A stretch of DNA of 63,518 nucleotides, counting the filler, from Choristocarpus tenellus KU-1152 (Eukaryota; Protista; Phaeophyceae): NCBI GenBank assembly GCA_964200185.2. It is 7 parts of 7 records of this genome, joined end to end, with 100 filler letters (N's around TTAATTAATTAA, not from the genome) between each part and the next. Parts side by side here need not be neighbours in the genome. Positions count along the whole stretch, not along the records: positions 28,546 to 37,440 come from CAXNAD020004220.1; positions 37,541 to 40,373 come from CAXNAD020024345.1; positions 40,474 to 59,272 come from CAXNAD020000516.1; 4 more parts are not named here. One strand, written 5' to 3'. This document shows positions 36,205 through 50,000 of this stretch, piece after piece. Position 1 is the stretch's first letter, and each line of letters starts with the position of its first letter. Under the pieces are notes generated by a model, which saw only the letters and a list, made by a program, of their open reading frames with translations, had not been told where the DNA came from and ran no database searches. A program made the translations under genes and the position numbers.

Positions 36205-37540
36205 TTACTACCAAGGTCTTGACAGTTCTACGATCTGCTATCGAGGCGAGGGAAAGGGGGTTTTTGTGGGAAAAGGACGGAAGACTAAATTCAAGGGACG
36301 AGGAGAGGAGAGGGGGAGGGAGAATGAGGACGAAAGGGAGGACAACACCGACGACGACAAGGAGGACGATGAGGACGAAGATGAAGAGGAGGAGGAGGAC
36401 GAGGACGAGGAGCAGCAGAAGGAGGACGAGGATGACGAGGACAATGAAGATAAGGAGAACATCGGTACGGGGGAGGGGAGAGGGGCGTCTTCCAGTGCAG
36501 GCGTATGACGGGAGTGCCCCTGCATACGTCCGTCCAAGGACGTATCCTTGAAGCGGATACAGGACGGAGCAGTACGGTGGCACGGAAGAGGTGTTTGCCT
36601 CCTACGCAAACGCTGGAGCCAAACACGCGGGTTAGGTTTACCACTACACACTTTCGGCCCAGTTCTGGCGCTAGGGAAACGCAGAGACGTCGGATTAGCA
36701 AGCATGTGGCAGATATTCGTGTTAGTAAAGCATACCTCGTAGGCCTCTTGGAGAATGGGTGGTGTGTATTGAGAACCGAATATGCATATTTGTTGTGGCG
36801 GATATTAGTAACTGCCGCGGGCGATGGCGGCAACAACATGTGTTTGGTTTAATCCATGACGATGTTTTCAGAGCGTTCCAAGAGGCATGTTGTTGTTGCG
36901 ATACATAGTAGAAGGGGGATTTGGTTGCATGGCAGTTGTAGTCCTTAGTTTCCATTCATGATTTTGAGCCTCCTTCAATGCGGGTTGGTGGTCCTTCATA
37001 ACATATATTATGTACAAACGAATTATAGACGCAAAAGTATGATTTCAATTGCCAACATATCTGATGCTAGTAGCATTTAGAAGTGTTTTCTGGTCGTACT
37101 TGTGATCAGTGTTGTAGCAGCGGAGTCAACAAAGACACCGTACATCGATGTAATTTCTTTTATTTTGTGTGATCTTTCATCATCTATCTCCCCGACACGC
37201 TCAGCGGCTTGTTGTACTCAAAAAAGCGACTGCATTAGCATGGCAGGGGGGGAACGAAAGGTGGAGGAGCTTCAATCACCCGACTATGCTATGGTGGAGG
37301 ATATACATACGTACGTTAAAGACAAGTCAGCACGCAAAGCGTGCCGGCGAACAAGAAACTATCACCGTTGTCTGTTGTGTCCTGTTTATTGTATACATTC
37401 TTTTTTTCATTGCCAATAACAATGTCAAAGTGTAGGTCGANNNNNNNNNNNNNNNNNNNNNNNNNNNNNNNNNNNNNNNNNNNNTTAATTAATTAANNNN
37501 NNNNNNNNNNNNNNNNNNNNNNNNNNNNNNNNNNNNNNNN

Positions 37541-37588
37541 CCTGGTTCCCACCCCCCCCCCTCCCCCCCCCTTAAGATACTTTGGGTC
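37541..37588. mobile_element. MITE family B-type terminus after gap
   Basis: C-run followed by TTAAGATACTTTGGGTC. Confidence 0.55.
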
Positions 37589-39639
37589 AACAATCAAAGC
37601 AAAGCAAGGGGCTTAAGTGTGTGCGAGAACGGTAGCCAAAGATGTTCCCTCTTGAAAAATTGACACCCCAGAAAACGTAACTCTCAACAGTAGGGTTACC
37701 AACGTAGGACGTTTACCCATGTTATATCTACTATGAAAGACTTGGTCCGTCAGAGCAGCATTAGGGTCTTTTTGTTTATTGCCTGTTGTCCAGATAACAT
37801 GGAGGGGGCAGTTGGTTGTTTTATTAATTGATTGAACGAATGATTGTGTACTCTCTAGTTCAATTCGTTATGTAATGATGCTCAAAAAGTTCTTTTTAAG
37901 TAGAGGCATGTAGCCCCCCAGGCCGTACAATTATTCTTCACACACGTAAACAATTAATTTGTTCGATCTTTTCAAAATTTGATGTAGAGAAAGCCAAAAT
38001 AACAGAACTCAGAAACGATAGGGAAAAGGAAGAATACTGTCCAAAAAGGCAAATTGTACGTTCTTTGTGTTCATATATATACATACTTTGTATATATAAA
38101 TAATAATATTATGATTGTGTCCTTGGACATTTTGGGGATGTCTCAGAGAAAAGGGCAAACAAATATTACAAGGACGGACACCTATAAAAGTAACGGTTGT
38201 CGTGAATGTGAAAGATGCCTATCAAAAACACTATTTATTACTTAGTGGTGGTATTTGAATATGAGCTATGCTAGTCATCAATATAGAACTCATTAATGGT
38301 ATCTATTTCAAAATCACGTATACCGACCCTTCAACTTCAGTCCTCCTCACCCCCTCATTCCAAACCTTCACATATTTATGTTTTATTTTCTGGCTTTGTA
38401 TTGTTGTCTGCTGATTTTGTGACCGCATGGAGGAGATGACCTACAAATATGTACATGGTTTGTCAACTCTAGTCTTGTTGTTCATTTACGATCGATCGGT
38501 TAACTATCATCACTGCGAATTTCATTAGTGTTAGAGATCCCAGATCCGTCTGGTCGAAAAAAAGCAGTCCAAACAAGGCAATACACACATTGCTTCAGAA
38601 AGGCAACGAGGACTACGAAAAATAAAAGTTGAGCAATGAAAGAAAAAGGAAAAAAAGAGAAGAATAGAAACAAACCCAAACGTAAGTAACACTCAAACCA
38701 CTCAAATATCATAGTCTAATCTATAACCACGGCAGTGCTGACCCTTCAATCTCCACCTTCAACACATTTACTCTTCTTCATTGACTAGTTTTGCTTTGGT
38801 GTCGGATTTTACGACCCCTTTAGAGATGACGTACCACCCCCTTACGTGTGTCCAACCATCTCTATTATTTTTTCCATTTCAAACATAAGGGGAAGAGAGG
38901 AAATATATTTATGAGGAACAAGGGATGTATGTAATAAGAAAAATCAACCCCAAAAAGTTTTAAAAAATGGAGAAAGAGGCATTAAACAAAAAGTGATTGT
39001 GGTGGTGTTGGTTGCTGCTTGGGCGACCTTGGCTGCTGCTTTAGCATGATGTACATCAGTTGTCACACCTATTCCTTGGAATGCCACCGTGCAATGAAAC
39101 TTATTGTGCTTGCAGCTATACACTATAGATTGATTTTTCGATGTTCATAAATTAACTCGAAGTATGTTGCAAATATCCTTGAAAGAAGGAAGAAATATAA
39201 TTCGCATATATTTTCAAGGAGAAAGAAGCAGCATACAGCATACTCAAACCTGTGGTCGTAAAGGCAATGGAAAAAAAGAACAAAAAAAGAGACAGGGAAT
39301 ATGTGTCAAAAAAAGGCGGATCCACCCGGAAAGTCCACAGAGACAAAAATAAATAAATAAAAATAAACAGAAGAGCGCTCAGAAAGGCAAATCCGTCAGC
39401 CAAGTTCACGGACAGGAAGAAATACAAAGAAAGAAAAGCATAATTGAAGGATCAGCTCCAGCACGAAGGACCACATTTGGTTCAAGAAGGGGCACATATT
39501 CATATGCACTAGATATAACTTGCGGTCATCAACACCAAGAGGAGCATCTTAGGCTTAGCAAAAATATTCCTCTAGTACCCTTCCCCTCCAAAGAAGAAAA
39601 TAAGAAAAAGAGAAGAGTTCAGAGGGCAATATTGCATGT

Positions 39640-40194
39640 GATTGGTGGTCAAGGCCGCTTGTACGTGACGGGGTGTGGCTGCTTTGACCTCAGCGGTATG
39701 CTAGGCATCCATTAAGTATTTGGCTCCAATGTCCGCACATCTGAGCCACCTGTTAGAGTCTTCTACAAGAGAAACCCAGTGATCAGCTGTGATGTCGAAA
39801 GCTTGGAGGTACCACAACCAGCATTTCACTGGACAGTCCTTCTCCCACTTAGGATTCTGAGCGTTAAGCTCTCTGAGTCTGAGGTTTTTTGGCGATTGAT
39901 CAACTTCCTTTTGCAACTTGACAAATACAAATAACAGGCTCCTTTAGTGGATGCTGGCCTCGATGTGCTCACATTCAGTTCTCTTTAGGGCTTCTCTGTA
40001 CAATATGAGGTGGTCCGCATTTCCGTTCGTGGAACCCAATGCCGTGGTGTACGTATTTGCAGGTTTGGGTATGGATTTGGGCATAGTGACCCTTTCCAAG
40101 GGTACATGTCATGCATCCATACAGGAGGCTCTCGAGTGTGCTGGCTTTGAGTATCCGAGTCTTTAGCTCAAGTGATACACCCACTGCTCGATCA
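39640..40194 (-). mobile_element. RTE-like LINE 3' remnant
   Basis: SLELKTRILKASTLESLLYGCMTCTLGKGHYAQI...GIGFHERK, typical of the post-RT region of RTE-type LINEs. Confidence 0.7.
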
Positions 40195-40373
40195 GTCTCA
40201 AAGTATCTGGGGGGGGGATAGCGGCTATCCATTTGCGGCCCATTTTTCCATGTCGCATTTTTTGAGTGATTTGGTTGGATGTGTCAGATGGATAATGTAA
40301 GTGCACTTTTCCTGGTCAGACCCTAAATGGACACCCTGGTGTAGACCCCCCCCCCCCTCCCAGATACTTTGAG
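40195..40373. mobile_element. MITE family B copy, near complete
   Basis: GTCTCAAAGTATCTGGGGGGGG ... CCCCTCCCAGATACTTTGAG. Confidence 0.88.
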
Positions 40374-40494
40374 NNNNNNNNNNNNNNNNNNNNNNNNNNN
40401 NNNNNNNNNNNNNNNNNTTAATTAATTAANNNNNNNNNNNNNNNNNNNNNNNNNNNNNNNNNNNNNNNNNNNNCATGGCGCAAGTGGGCTGAAC

Positions 40495-40663
40495 GGTTGT
40501 GGGGGGGGGGGTGGCTGTCCATTTGGGGCCAATTTTTCATGTCACGATTTTTGGGTGATTTGGTTCCATAAGTCGGATGGATAATGAAAGTGCTCTTTTC
40601 CTGGTTTTGGCCGAAATGGGCACCCCGGTGTAGACCCCCCTCTTCCCCCAGATACTTTAGGTG
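40495..40663. mobile_element. MITE family B copy, left terminus lost
   Basis: G-run GGCTGTCCATTTGGGG ... CCCCAGATACTTTAGG. Confidence 0.82.
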
Positions 40664-41024
40664 TATACCATGCAACACAATACATCTCCTTACCATTTTA
40701 TTCCTATTTTTTTATTAGTATCCCTACGTTATTACAAATTAAATTCCAATTGTTGTACAGCCTATAGAAGTACAATCTACCTTTGCAACTACTTTTTCAA
40801 ATATTAGTATCAGTGATGCAAAGCACAGTAAGTAGTGGGCAGCAGGGAACAGAGGCAGGAACGGAAGATAAGGAAAACTACATTAAAATACATTTTCATA
40901 TCCATATCAGGGTTGTTCATTGAGCACATAGAAGACATGATGTTGCTTGAGCTTGTAATTAGCAACACATCAAAGGCGATATGACCCTTGGTGCTTACTT
41001 CTTGCCCATATGTCTCCCTCACAG

Positions 41025-44000
41025 ATTAGCAAAGCGTAAAGCTAAGGCCGAATCTGAACGAAGTGCCCTTTTGGAAGCTCAAAAGGCCGAATCAGAGAGT
41101 CTGCAAAAATGTCATGAGGTTAGAAATGAGGCTAGAATTTATGTCGAAAGGGGGCAACCAGGGGAATTGGTGACTCAGTTTGCTGAGAATCATGTCTGCC
41201 AATGACTTCTTGTGCTGAAATTGCCACATCTAGCTACTCGATAGACCTAACTGGAATACTGATTTTTGTTCAGCTCTAGCTTTCACATGTACCACCTAGG
41301 GATCAGGGCTCCATCCCAATCTGTTCACCACATACCTCCCTCAAATTGACCTTAAGATGCCCTAGACTCTGACTTTTACCTTATTCCTTAAGCTTATCCC
41401 TTGGAAGCCCTGAGCTCGGCTGTTCATCTATCAGTGCCATTTCCCCTGCTTCCCAATACCAACATCAATGTCAGGTTGTTGGCATCAAAGCAACATAATT
41501 CCAACTCTGTACACACACCTTGATTCTGAACTATGTCCCCGCCCACACTCTTGTACATGCAAAGCAATTAACCAGGATCCTCCACCTCTGAGGTCATTTC
41601 TTACACATTCACAACACATGATACTTCTTCCCTGCCACGAGCAAGCCCGTACATTGTCACTAAAACCGGCATTCTATCATTTTTCTCCTCAGCATCTGCC
41701 CTGGTACTCCTCCCGTCATTCTAATCCGCTGACTCTTTGGTACTCTCCAGGAGGAGATGTTGGCAGCCAAATCAAAATCCCAACTTGCAGGTAACCAGCA
41801 AAGTTCTGACTTGACCTGGGAAGCTGTAGTTGCTGCAGGCATGGAGGCACCCCTTGAATTGGGAGAAACGTTGAAAGATCGTGAGTCCCGTGTCCTGAAA
41901 TCTGTGCTGGAGGCTGGACTGGTGCCTGAGGCCAAGACCGGAAAGGCAAGTAGAAGAGGATAGATGGGAAAAATGTATAAAAAACAATCCTACCTTTATG
42001 CACTGCCGTCGCAGCTCCCAGGCATGTGATCTAGACTATTGAAGTGAATGATATCAGACTGGAGTAGGATCACATATTGAACTGTGACCTGTACTCATCT
42101 TGTCCTCAGACCCAAAACATTGAGCACTTTAAAATGTTCAGCTTCCTAATATACCCACCACGTCTCAAGTGTGATGGTCACCTCACTCGTCAATGATTCT
42201 CCCTGTCCACTTCCCCATCCTAACTTCATTCTGACTATTATCTCCCTTCTGGTATTCTTTCCTGACTTCGCAAATGGCAGTGTGTGGAGGCCGTTCTATC
42301 TGGTCGCCATGCTTTGGAGAATGCAGATCTCCTGGCCTCTCAGGTATTGCAAAATCAGATTTTCTTTCTCTAATGCCTGCCCTCCGACACATCAATTCCC
42401 TTCATTCCTTCCTCCATCCCCTCTTTGTCTCACTGGTGCATGCACCTATGTCCGCTCTCCCCAGACAATGCATGATTATTCCAACAGCACTCGAGAAAAG
42501 TGATACATTACCCTGCAGATTAGAACATTATACGTCGAAGCATTATTTTTCTTGTGTACAATCTCATGTTGACATGAGTGCAGTATTGTTGGAAAGAGAA
42601 AAACAGTCGTTCTGGGGTTGTTCAATGATATCTATCCATCAATGAAGAGCTATAAAAACTGTGGAGTCTGATTTTGTGCATCTGCTTTTGGCATAGAAGG
42701 ATGGCATAATTACACATGATGGGCTGACAATATATTCTTGGTCATGCTCTCAGATGCTTCTCCCATCTCGCTATTAAGTAAAAGTTTGTAAGCAACACAG
42801 ACACAACTTCCAGAATACTATCCCCTTAATGGCAACTCCTCCCTGTTTTGTCTAAGGCCTCTATTCATCGTGAAATCTGAGACTTAGTGTAGGGTTATCA
42901 GAGTAAATTGGAGACCCTCAAGGTGACACTACAATGGCACCTTCTAGCTCTCAAGCACTCCAGAGTTACCCATACTACTAACACTTGAGTGCACTCAACC
43001 CTTGGTGGTAAACTCCTCCCTACCTTGTTCGTGGTTAGTTCATCTGTTATCCCTAGCCCCCATTCTACCTCTTCCCCCTCATATAACCCCGAATTTCAGG
43101 TCCACACCCCTATTCTCTCTCCTACCTCATCACCCACAAATCTGGCACTATGACTTATGAATGAAATATTCATATCACCAGTACAAGGAACGTGCTGCCT
43201 GCCTAGGAGAGTCCTTGCGTAGCCTCCTGGAGCAGAAGAACCAAGCTCGAAAAGATGCTCTCCAGCGACTCACCATGGAGGGGATAACAGATCAGGACGA
43301 GAGAGCAGAGGGCTTCTCTCAAGTGGACCATGATTTCTCAGCCCGACAAAGGGACATTGAAATGAAGATTTTGCAGGTGAGTTGAAAGAGTGGCAATGGG
43401 GTTTTGTGTATTTTGGCAAGAGGGGGATACTTCTGATTTAATACATAGGATATACCTGGAATACATCTGTGTTGTAGCTTATACTATCTCTGGGGTGTGA
43501 ATCCCGCCAGCCTAACATTGCAGCATTCCAATCTCAAACACTAAAGTACAGGTGTTTGAGTTTGTTTGACAGGGAGTTGTGGGGAGAGGGCTAGGTTGGG
43601 TGGAGGAATGTGCAGTGGATGTGGTCGGGTGGACTGACTCAACTCTCTATTGTAATATACGTATATTTTTAGTGCTCAATGTCAAACTTGCTGCACACCA
43701 CCTCAAGGTCTGGTGTCTTATTCACACACTATGATAGTTCTAGAATGTAACTCTCCATAGTGTGGGTGCTTTGAGCGAATATTCATACCTCGCAAAAGAG
43801 GTCAAATGAAACTACAATGAGTTTGCAAGCATGACAGTGAGTAATCTTTGCATGGCTTGACCAGTTCAGCTTCCCTTACAAAGTCGTTGTGTAAAGTCAT
43901 CGCTCCTAAAAATAGTGGGATGTTGCAGGAAGTCCGTCCGCACAAAAAATGCAATTCACAAAGGTATCTAGATAACCACAATCATCTGAATACACGGTTC

Positions 44001-47000
44001 CCTCAGGATATGGAGACACCACAATTGCAGCAGCAGCTGGACCTGCGGCAAAGGCAGTTGAGGGAAATTTCAGCTACCGTAAAGGTACACTTCAAAATAT
44101 TTTCCATGGTAGGGACCAACCACAGTAGCTTTGTTTCCCTCTCAAATCAAAACTTGCAGACCTAAACCTAACCCTAACCCTAACCAACAACCTTTAAGAT
44201 ATTAGCAGCTACTGGTAGAGGTGGATACCTGTAGCTTTTATCATACTGTCCGCCTTCCCTTCTACCTTAACCATTTTTTTTAATTGTGTGATTTCATATC
44301 ACCCCCCTTTCCTGCTGTCTCTGTAGTTACTTGAAGAGATCGGAAAAAAGAACTTTTTATGGGATCAAATTGGTCCTATTACTATGGAAAAGTGAAGAGA
44401 TCTCACAAATCTCGCTGTGGTGCGATTAGGGCACGACAGCAAATGCTACCTACCTGCCTACCTACTTCCCTACCTACTTCCCTACTCATCACAATTTCGT
44501 TTCAGCGCTCCTATCTTTACCCGTGTGTCTGTAAAGTGCACGCAAAAAAAAATGAACAGCACTCCATCCCACCCCAAAAAGGAATATGTATACGATTTTA
44601 AATGGTTGGCTCTGCTCAACAAGTATGTACCAGCATGAATAATTAATAGGGTTGCCTGAGCATGGAAAAGGGCATGCGCTTGACTTCTACCTCACCTTCT
44701 TTTCTCTGCTTTGTCGTGCATGGCATCAGGGCATTGTCCCAGAGGAATCACTGAAGAGACTTCAGGAATCTGACGCTCTGAGGCAGGCAAAGGAGCTAGA
44801 GAGTTATCAGGAGTGTATGGAGCAAGAGAAGCAGAAAAGGATACTCAAGATGGAGGAGGAAAAGGCCAGGTACACACCAATGAAGGATCAAAACAACTTC
44901 CTCAGTTTGTGTGATGAGGGATGTTGGTGGCGCTGTTGGTAGAATCAGCACAGACAAATTGTGTTATACACTTCTGGAAACACTTGCCTACACAAAATCT
45001 TTGTAGTTTTTCTGGAGCCTTGCGGGTGTTGTTTGCCCAAGAGGTTGCACAGAAAGGCACTCAAAAGAAATATTCAACCATATTGGATAAGGTGCAGGTA
45101 TCACGACAACAAAGCAATATACTAGCAATATACTAAGGGCTAACTTCTCACGCAACCTACTGAACAGAACATCCATATTCACGTAGATATCGATTTAGTT
45201 CCCTGTTCAATACCCCGCTACCATGTACTGTGCCCCTTAAACCCTTTTTATTACAGAAGGCATTGATATTTCACGGCAAAATGCATATTATTTCCTTGAC
45301 AAGAACATTTCAAACACTGACAAATACTATTTGATAAACTTATTTACAAGAACAAAAAGAGTCCTTCTGCACCAAGAACTATGGCAACGAGCCTTGGAAT
45401 AATATGGCACTACAATCAGATTTGCCATATACTAGACACATGGACACAGCTTGAATTTTATCGTCTTGTCTAACATCAAACCACTTGGAGGTGTTTTTTT
45501 GAAGCTGCAAACATCAAAAGACCCCTCAAAGGCAGTCATGGTCTCAAATACAGAGTGATGCCATAGTTATTGACCAGAAGGAGAAGGAGAGATGGAAAAA
45601 GGATTTGGGGTTGAGGGATGTTGTAGGGGACATACATCCTCTGGATTCAATGTGACATAACATTATCACTAACAATGATAATGATAAGAAGAAAGAATGC
45701 AAACAAATTTTACCATTGATTTCTATTCCTATTAGTATTTCAAAAAATTTTAGTAATATTTTTTTTGACATTCCACTACTTGTGAAAAGACATAACACTT
45801 TTACCAGCAATGCCACTTTGCAATTGGATTAAACTTTCCAGGTTCAACCGCTCCGAGATGTATGACTTTTTAACCAACCACAATGAAGGAGTAACTGCAA
45901 TATACCATTGGTATTCACAACTATACACAGCTATAAAATCAAGTTAATTTTTCAATGAGGGTTAGGCTCCTCCGTTGGAACACCGAACAGAGTTCGACAA
46001 AAGCAGTTAGCCTCAATCTCAACATTTCCAAATCTTCAGAGGACACTCATCACTGGCTACATTTATCCACTCCCCTGGATCCCCTCACACAGGATACATG
46101 GATGAAAAGTAAGATTTTATGTCATAATCAGCCAAAGAAAGAGCAAAATGATGTATTTTATCAACCGTTTCTCCATCCATTCTAGGAAAAATATCTGAGC
46201 ATAAAAAAGATAAGAGATTAAGACACCATTGCCAATCCAGAAAAAAAATGAAAGAGTAAACAAATGAATACCATTGTTGCTGTGCGTTTATCACATTGCA
46301 AGTATTTTTTTGCAGTTCCCAATACAGATCTTCCATCTCCATAACACAACCCATGCCCCACTCAACATGTAGATTCGAAGAAGATCTCCACCGCCACCAT
46401 GAAGAGGCAATGCGCCGCTTGCGAGAAGAAGAGGAGCAGGTCTTGACTACCGAGAGGGAAGCACAGGAAGCACGCATGCAGGAAAAAAAGGTAGCAAAAA
46501 TGTGAAAACGTGTATGATGTGTGTGTGACCCAAAGCATTTAAGAGGGTAGGGGTCTTGCCCTGTTTGTCCGTTCGGGGCTTGGCTTCCCACAGGTTTTTA
46601 ATGCCCTTTTTTGGTTTTCTGTGTGAACACAGCTACATAAAATGTATACAACTATGAAAGGTGCGTATGGAGCAAGGACATTGACACTTGCTAACAAATA
46701 CGATAGCCTAAATTCATCAAAATTGCAACATTGGATATATGACCCCAAACAGACGCAGCCATACCCTCTTAAATGCTTTGGGTCTGAATATAAATTTGTG
46801 AGTGTGCTTTTGTCTGTGTTTTGTATATCTGGAATGAAAATGTTGCTTCTGTGTGCATTTCTAGTCTGGGAATATCTGATGTGTCCAATATATACGAAGT
46901 GGTAGCATGCTTCAATTGGGTCGTGATTTGGTGCCTCATAGCTCCATCAAAACTCCCCTAAAGCTTGCTCTTCTAGCCTGTGCATTATGTAAAATCTGTT

Positions 47001-50000
47001 CGATGAAAGATTGTGGGGGGGGTTGAATACAATGCCAACATTTAGGATAGGGTTAGGATTAGAAGATGATTAGGCAAGGTTTTGTATGGTGAATGCTCTT
47101 TTTGAGTCATGTCAAGATTTGTATGGAAAAATAGTAGTGTCAATAATTGAGTCAAAGTATCTTAGATGGTAGAGCCGAGTACGTTTGGGGGCCACAATCC
47201 AATGTGGCGATTTTGATGTAATTTCGGCTATTGTGTTTGTTAGGAAGTATCAATATCCTTGTTCCGGACACATCTTTTCATAACATACACATATTACCTA
47301 CTCCAAAAAAATTCGGAATAGGAAAATGCCATTATAAAAAGCGTGGGAAGCCAATCCCCAAACGGGTAAAAAGGGAAAACCTTGTACCCTCTAAGATACT
47401 TTCAACTCAATATCAGAATATTGAGGTGGTAGCAAACAACATAAGATGCCCTATAATTATCGGATTGAGCTGATACTTGTATTATCAATTATTCACCACT
47501 ATATCCGCTGCCTCTTCAATCTTGGAATGAATGTTCCTTCCTTTTCTTCAACCCCCCAACCGTATTGGGTTTTCTTACATTGTTTTGAAGAAGTAGCTCT
47601 ATTTTCTGTTGAAGGTGTCAATGCTAATACAGTAGTATGTACTTTAGCATTCTCAGGGTACCCCTAGGTATCATAGGAAGAAAAAAGGGTCCAGATATAG
47701 CCCTAGCAATTTCGTTCTGTCCATATTTCTTAGAGGACAAGATATATAGCTTCTGTGAATAGATGCGATAGAACGGTGGTACAACCTCATCTCCTGATCA
47801 ACACAGCACACTTTGGAGGTATATTCTCTCTTACCAACAAACGAACAAGCACTCTCAACATCCCACAAGGACAAAAGCAACCTGAAAAGAACTCAAGAGA
47901 GCTATTCCAACTCTGATTTTCCCAGGCTGAGCTGGAGCGAGATCAGCAAGAGGCACAGAAACGCCTTGAGGACAGGACTGGGCAGATCAACACAGAGCAG
48001 AAGGAGGCCTTATTAGAGCAGTTCAAAAAGGATCAGGTATAACTATTTCAGGTAGAAACATCATGCACTTAAGGCCAAGAAATGTGTCTTTATTGACATT
48101 AGAATTTTTCCGTGGATAGGCTTAGGAGGATTGGGTCCCAAATGCGATTCTAGTTCAAATAGTTTCATGAATCACATGGCTGCGTCCATATCATCTGAGG
48201 GTTAAAGGTGTTAATGGGTTTAGTGCTGGTACCCAATATGTATTTCATTTGATATGTTCTCGACTCTTACTTTTCAATTCCTACACTTGCAGTTTGTGTT
48301 TGAGGTAGGGATGGTGACACCGTGTACCAAAGTACATAATTCTATAGTCCCTCACTGTAACAATTATGCATGTAGAAACACACACTAGGGATGTATGCAG
48401 TGACCTTGGCATGACCAAATCCTGTGCTCAAGGAAAATTTCAGCTATTCATCAAATGAATTAGAACATCTACTTTGCCTCAAACTTCAAGCACTCGTTGA
48501 GTATAACTCCCAATCTTGCCTCCATATCTCTTCTCTCTTCTAAGTATCTGGGCAAGAGTTTTTCAATTGACCCAATAAAACCATACACCACAAGAGAAAA
48601 TTGACACAGGGGCACCTCGGTTCACACAGGCTGAAAGTCTGGCAGCAGTAAAGGCAGAAGGCACTGCCAAACACAATAAACTGCAGGAAAAGCTAGCCTT
48701 GCGAAGAGCCCAGAGGACTAAAACTCTAAAGGATAAGGAGACAAAGGAGATAGAAATGAAGAAGGAGAGGGATGCTAATGCACTCAAGGTTGGGGTGGAG
48801 GCTTTGTTAGGGCATGGGGTTTGGGAATGTGATATGTATAGTGCTTGAGATATGGGCAGGGATATGGGTCCATGAGGTAGAATTCATAATGAGGCGGAAG
48901 GAATAAGCATAGGGACAGAACAAGTTGGGGTTGAAGCATGGACTTGAGTTGAGGTTTGGACCAGGCTAGCTTAGTAGAACTGAACAACTCCAGCAACTGT
49001 TGCATGAAGCAAAACTGAAATAGGGCTGAGTGGTAGATAAGATCTTTGATGTTCAATGCAATGGCTGGAGTAGATCCCAGAAGTAGGAGCAGAGTGCTGA
49101 GTAGTAGTGATCATGATATTGCATATGATGAAGGAACCAAGGGTAGCGCACTGTGTAGTTTCCATTCCGAATTGCAGTAACTGTACTGCAAATTTGTTTA
49201 TAGATTTGTTGCAGATGTGTCCTCTCTCAATCTTATTATTCCTCTTCCCTCCTATGTTTAGCAGGAATACCAGAGGCAAACAGATCAGGCAGCCATCCTC
49301 ACTACCCAAGTGGAGAATTTAGGTCCCAATATGGAGGGGGACGAAGAGCAAGGCCTCAAGCTGGGGATTGACGCTGAGGCAGTGGCCCTGGCAAGAGAGG
49401 TGAAAGGGAGCTCTCATAAAGAGATCAAGTTGTTGGAGAGCAGAGTATCAAATTGTTCCAGCTATTTTTCAGCGAAAACCCTCCAAATGGATGGATTCCA
49501 GATCTCTACTACGATGCTGATTCTCCTAAACTATTTCCTTTCTCAATCTTTCACTACTTATTTCTGATATCAATCTCCTCTCTACATCTAGCTTCAAAGT
49601 ACACCCTCTGTCCTACTGCTATGCTCCAGTCTTGAAGTAGAACGGAATATAGAAATCTAACAACAAAAGGAAATGTGGAATTCCTTCAATATCTTGAGTC
49701 TGCAATAATATCATATCTTATTTTTGTTACCTTCTTGCTGATGTGTGACCCCACAAACTTCATTGGTGTCTACTTGAGTAGACGACACTGGTGGGCGGTA
49801 CAAATGAGGCTAAGGAGAGACTAAAACAACAGATGCTAGCACTGGAGTCAAGGTACTTTGATGGACATAAGTCTACATCTCCCTACCTATTGAAGCAATT
49901 CAATAGACTTTGCTGGTTCCATCCTCCTATATCAGAGCTAGCTTTGTTCTAATATCTTCCACCTGTACTGTGCTGAGAATGCCTCATCGTAACATGCAAC

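Larger units (their letters stand above)
29790..36510 (+). mobile_element. Intron-containing Sola-like (DDD) transposase pseudogene
   Basis: Exon-like blocks: IPVCTQFFKASFRIS (about 29970), SWIDYWANTYGQFMP (30540), RPNIRVRVGGEFMKYDICVTLK (31355), DNCVSENKNNFFLGYAGLLV...HFMMVGHMHIQIDQIFSR (33481-33623), YRAFRVEK...VKQYM (34150), acidic tail. In-frame stops at about 31337, 34226 and 35734; four MITE A insertions; termini not identified. Confidence 0.75.

Noticed and set aside
36122-36839. Overlapping long ORFs on both strands (poly-S, poly-R, poly-L)
   Set aside because: Alternative frames of a GAG/GAC-rich acidic low-complexity tract.
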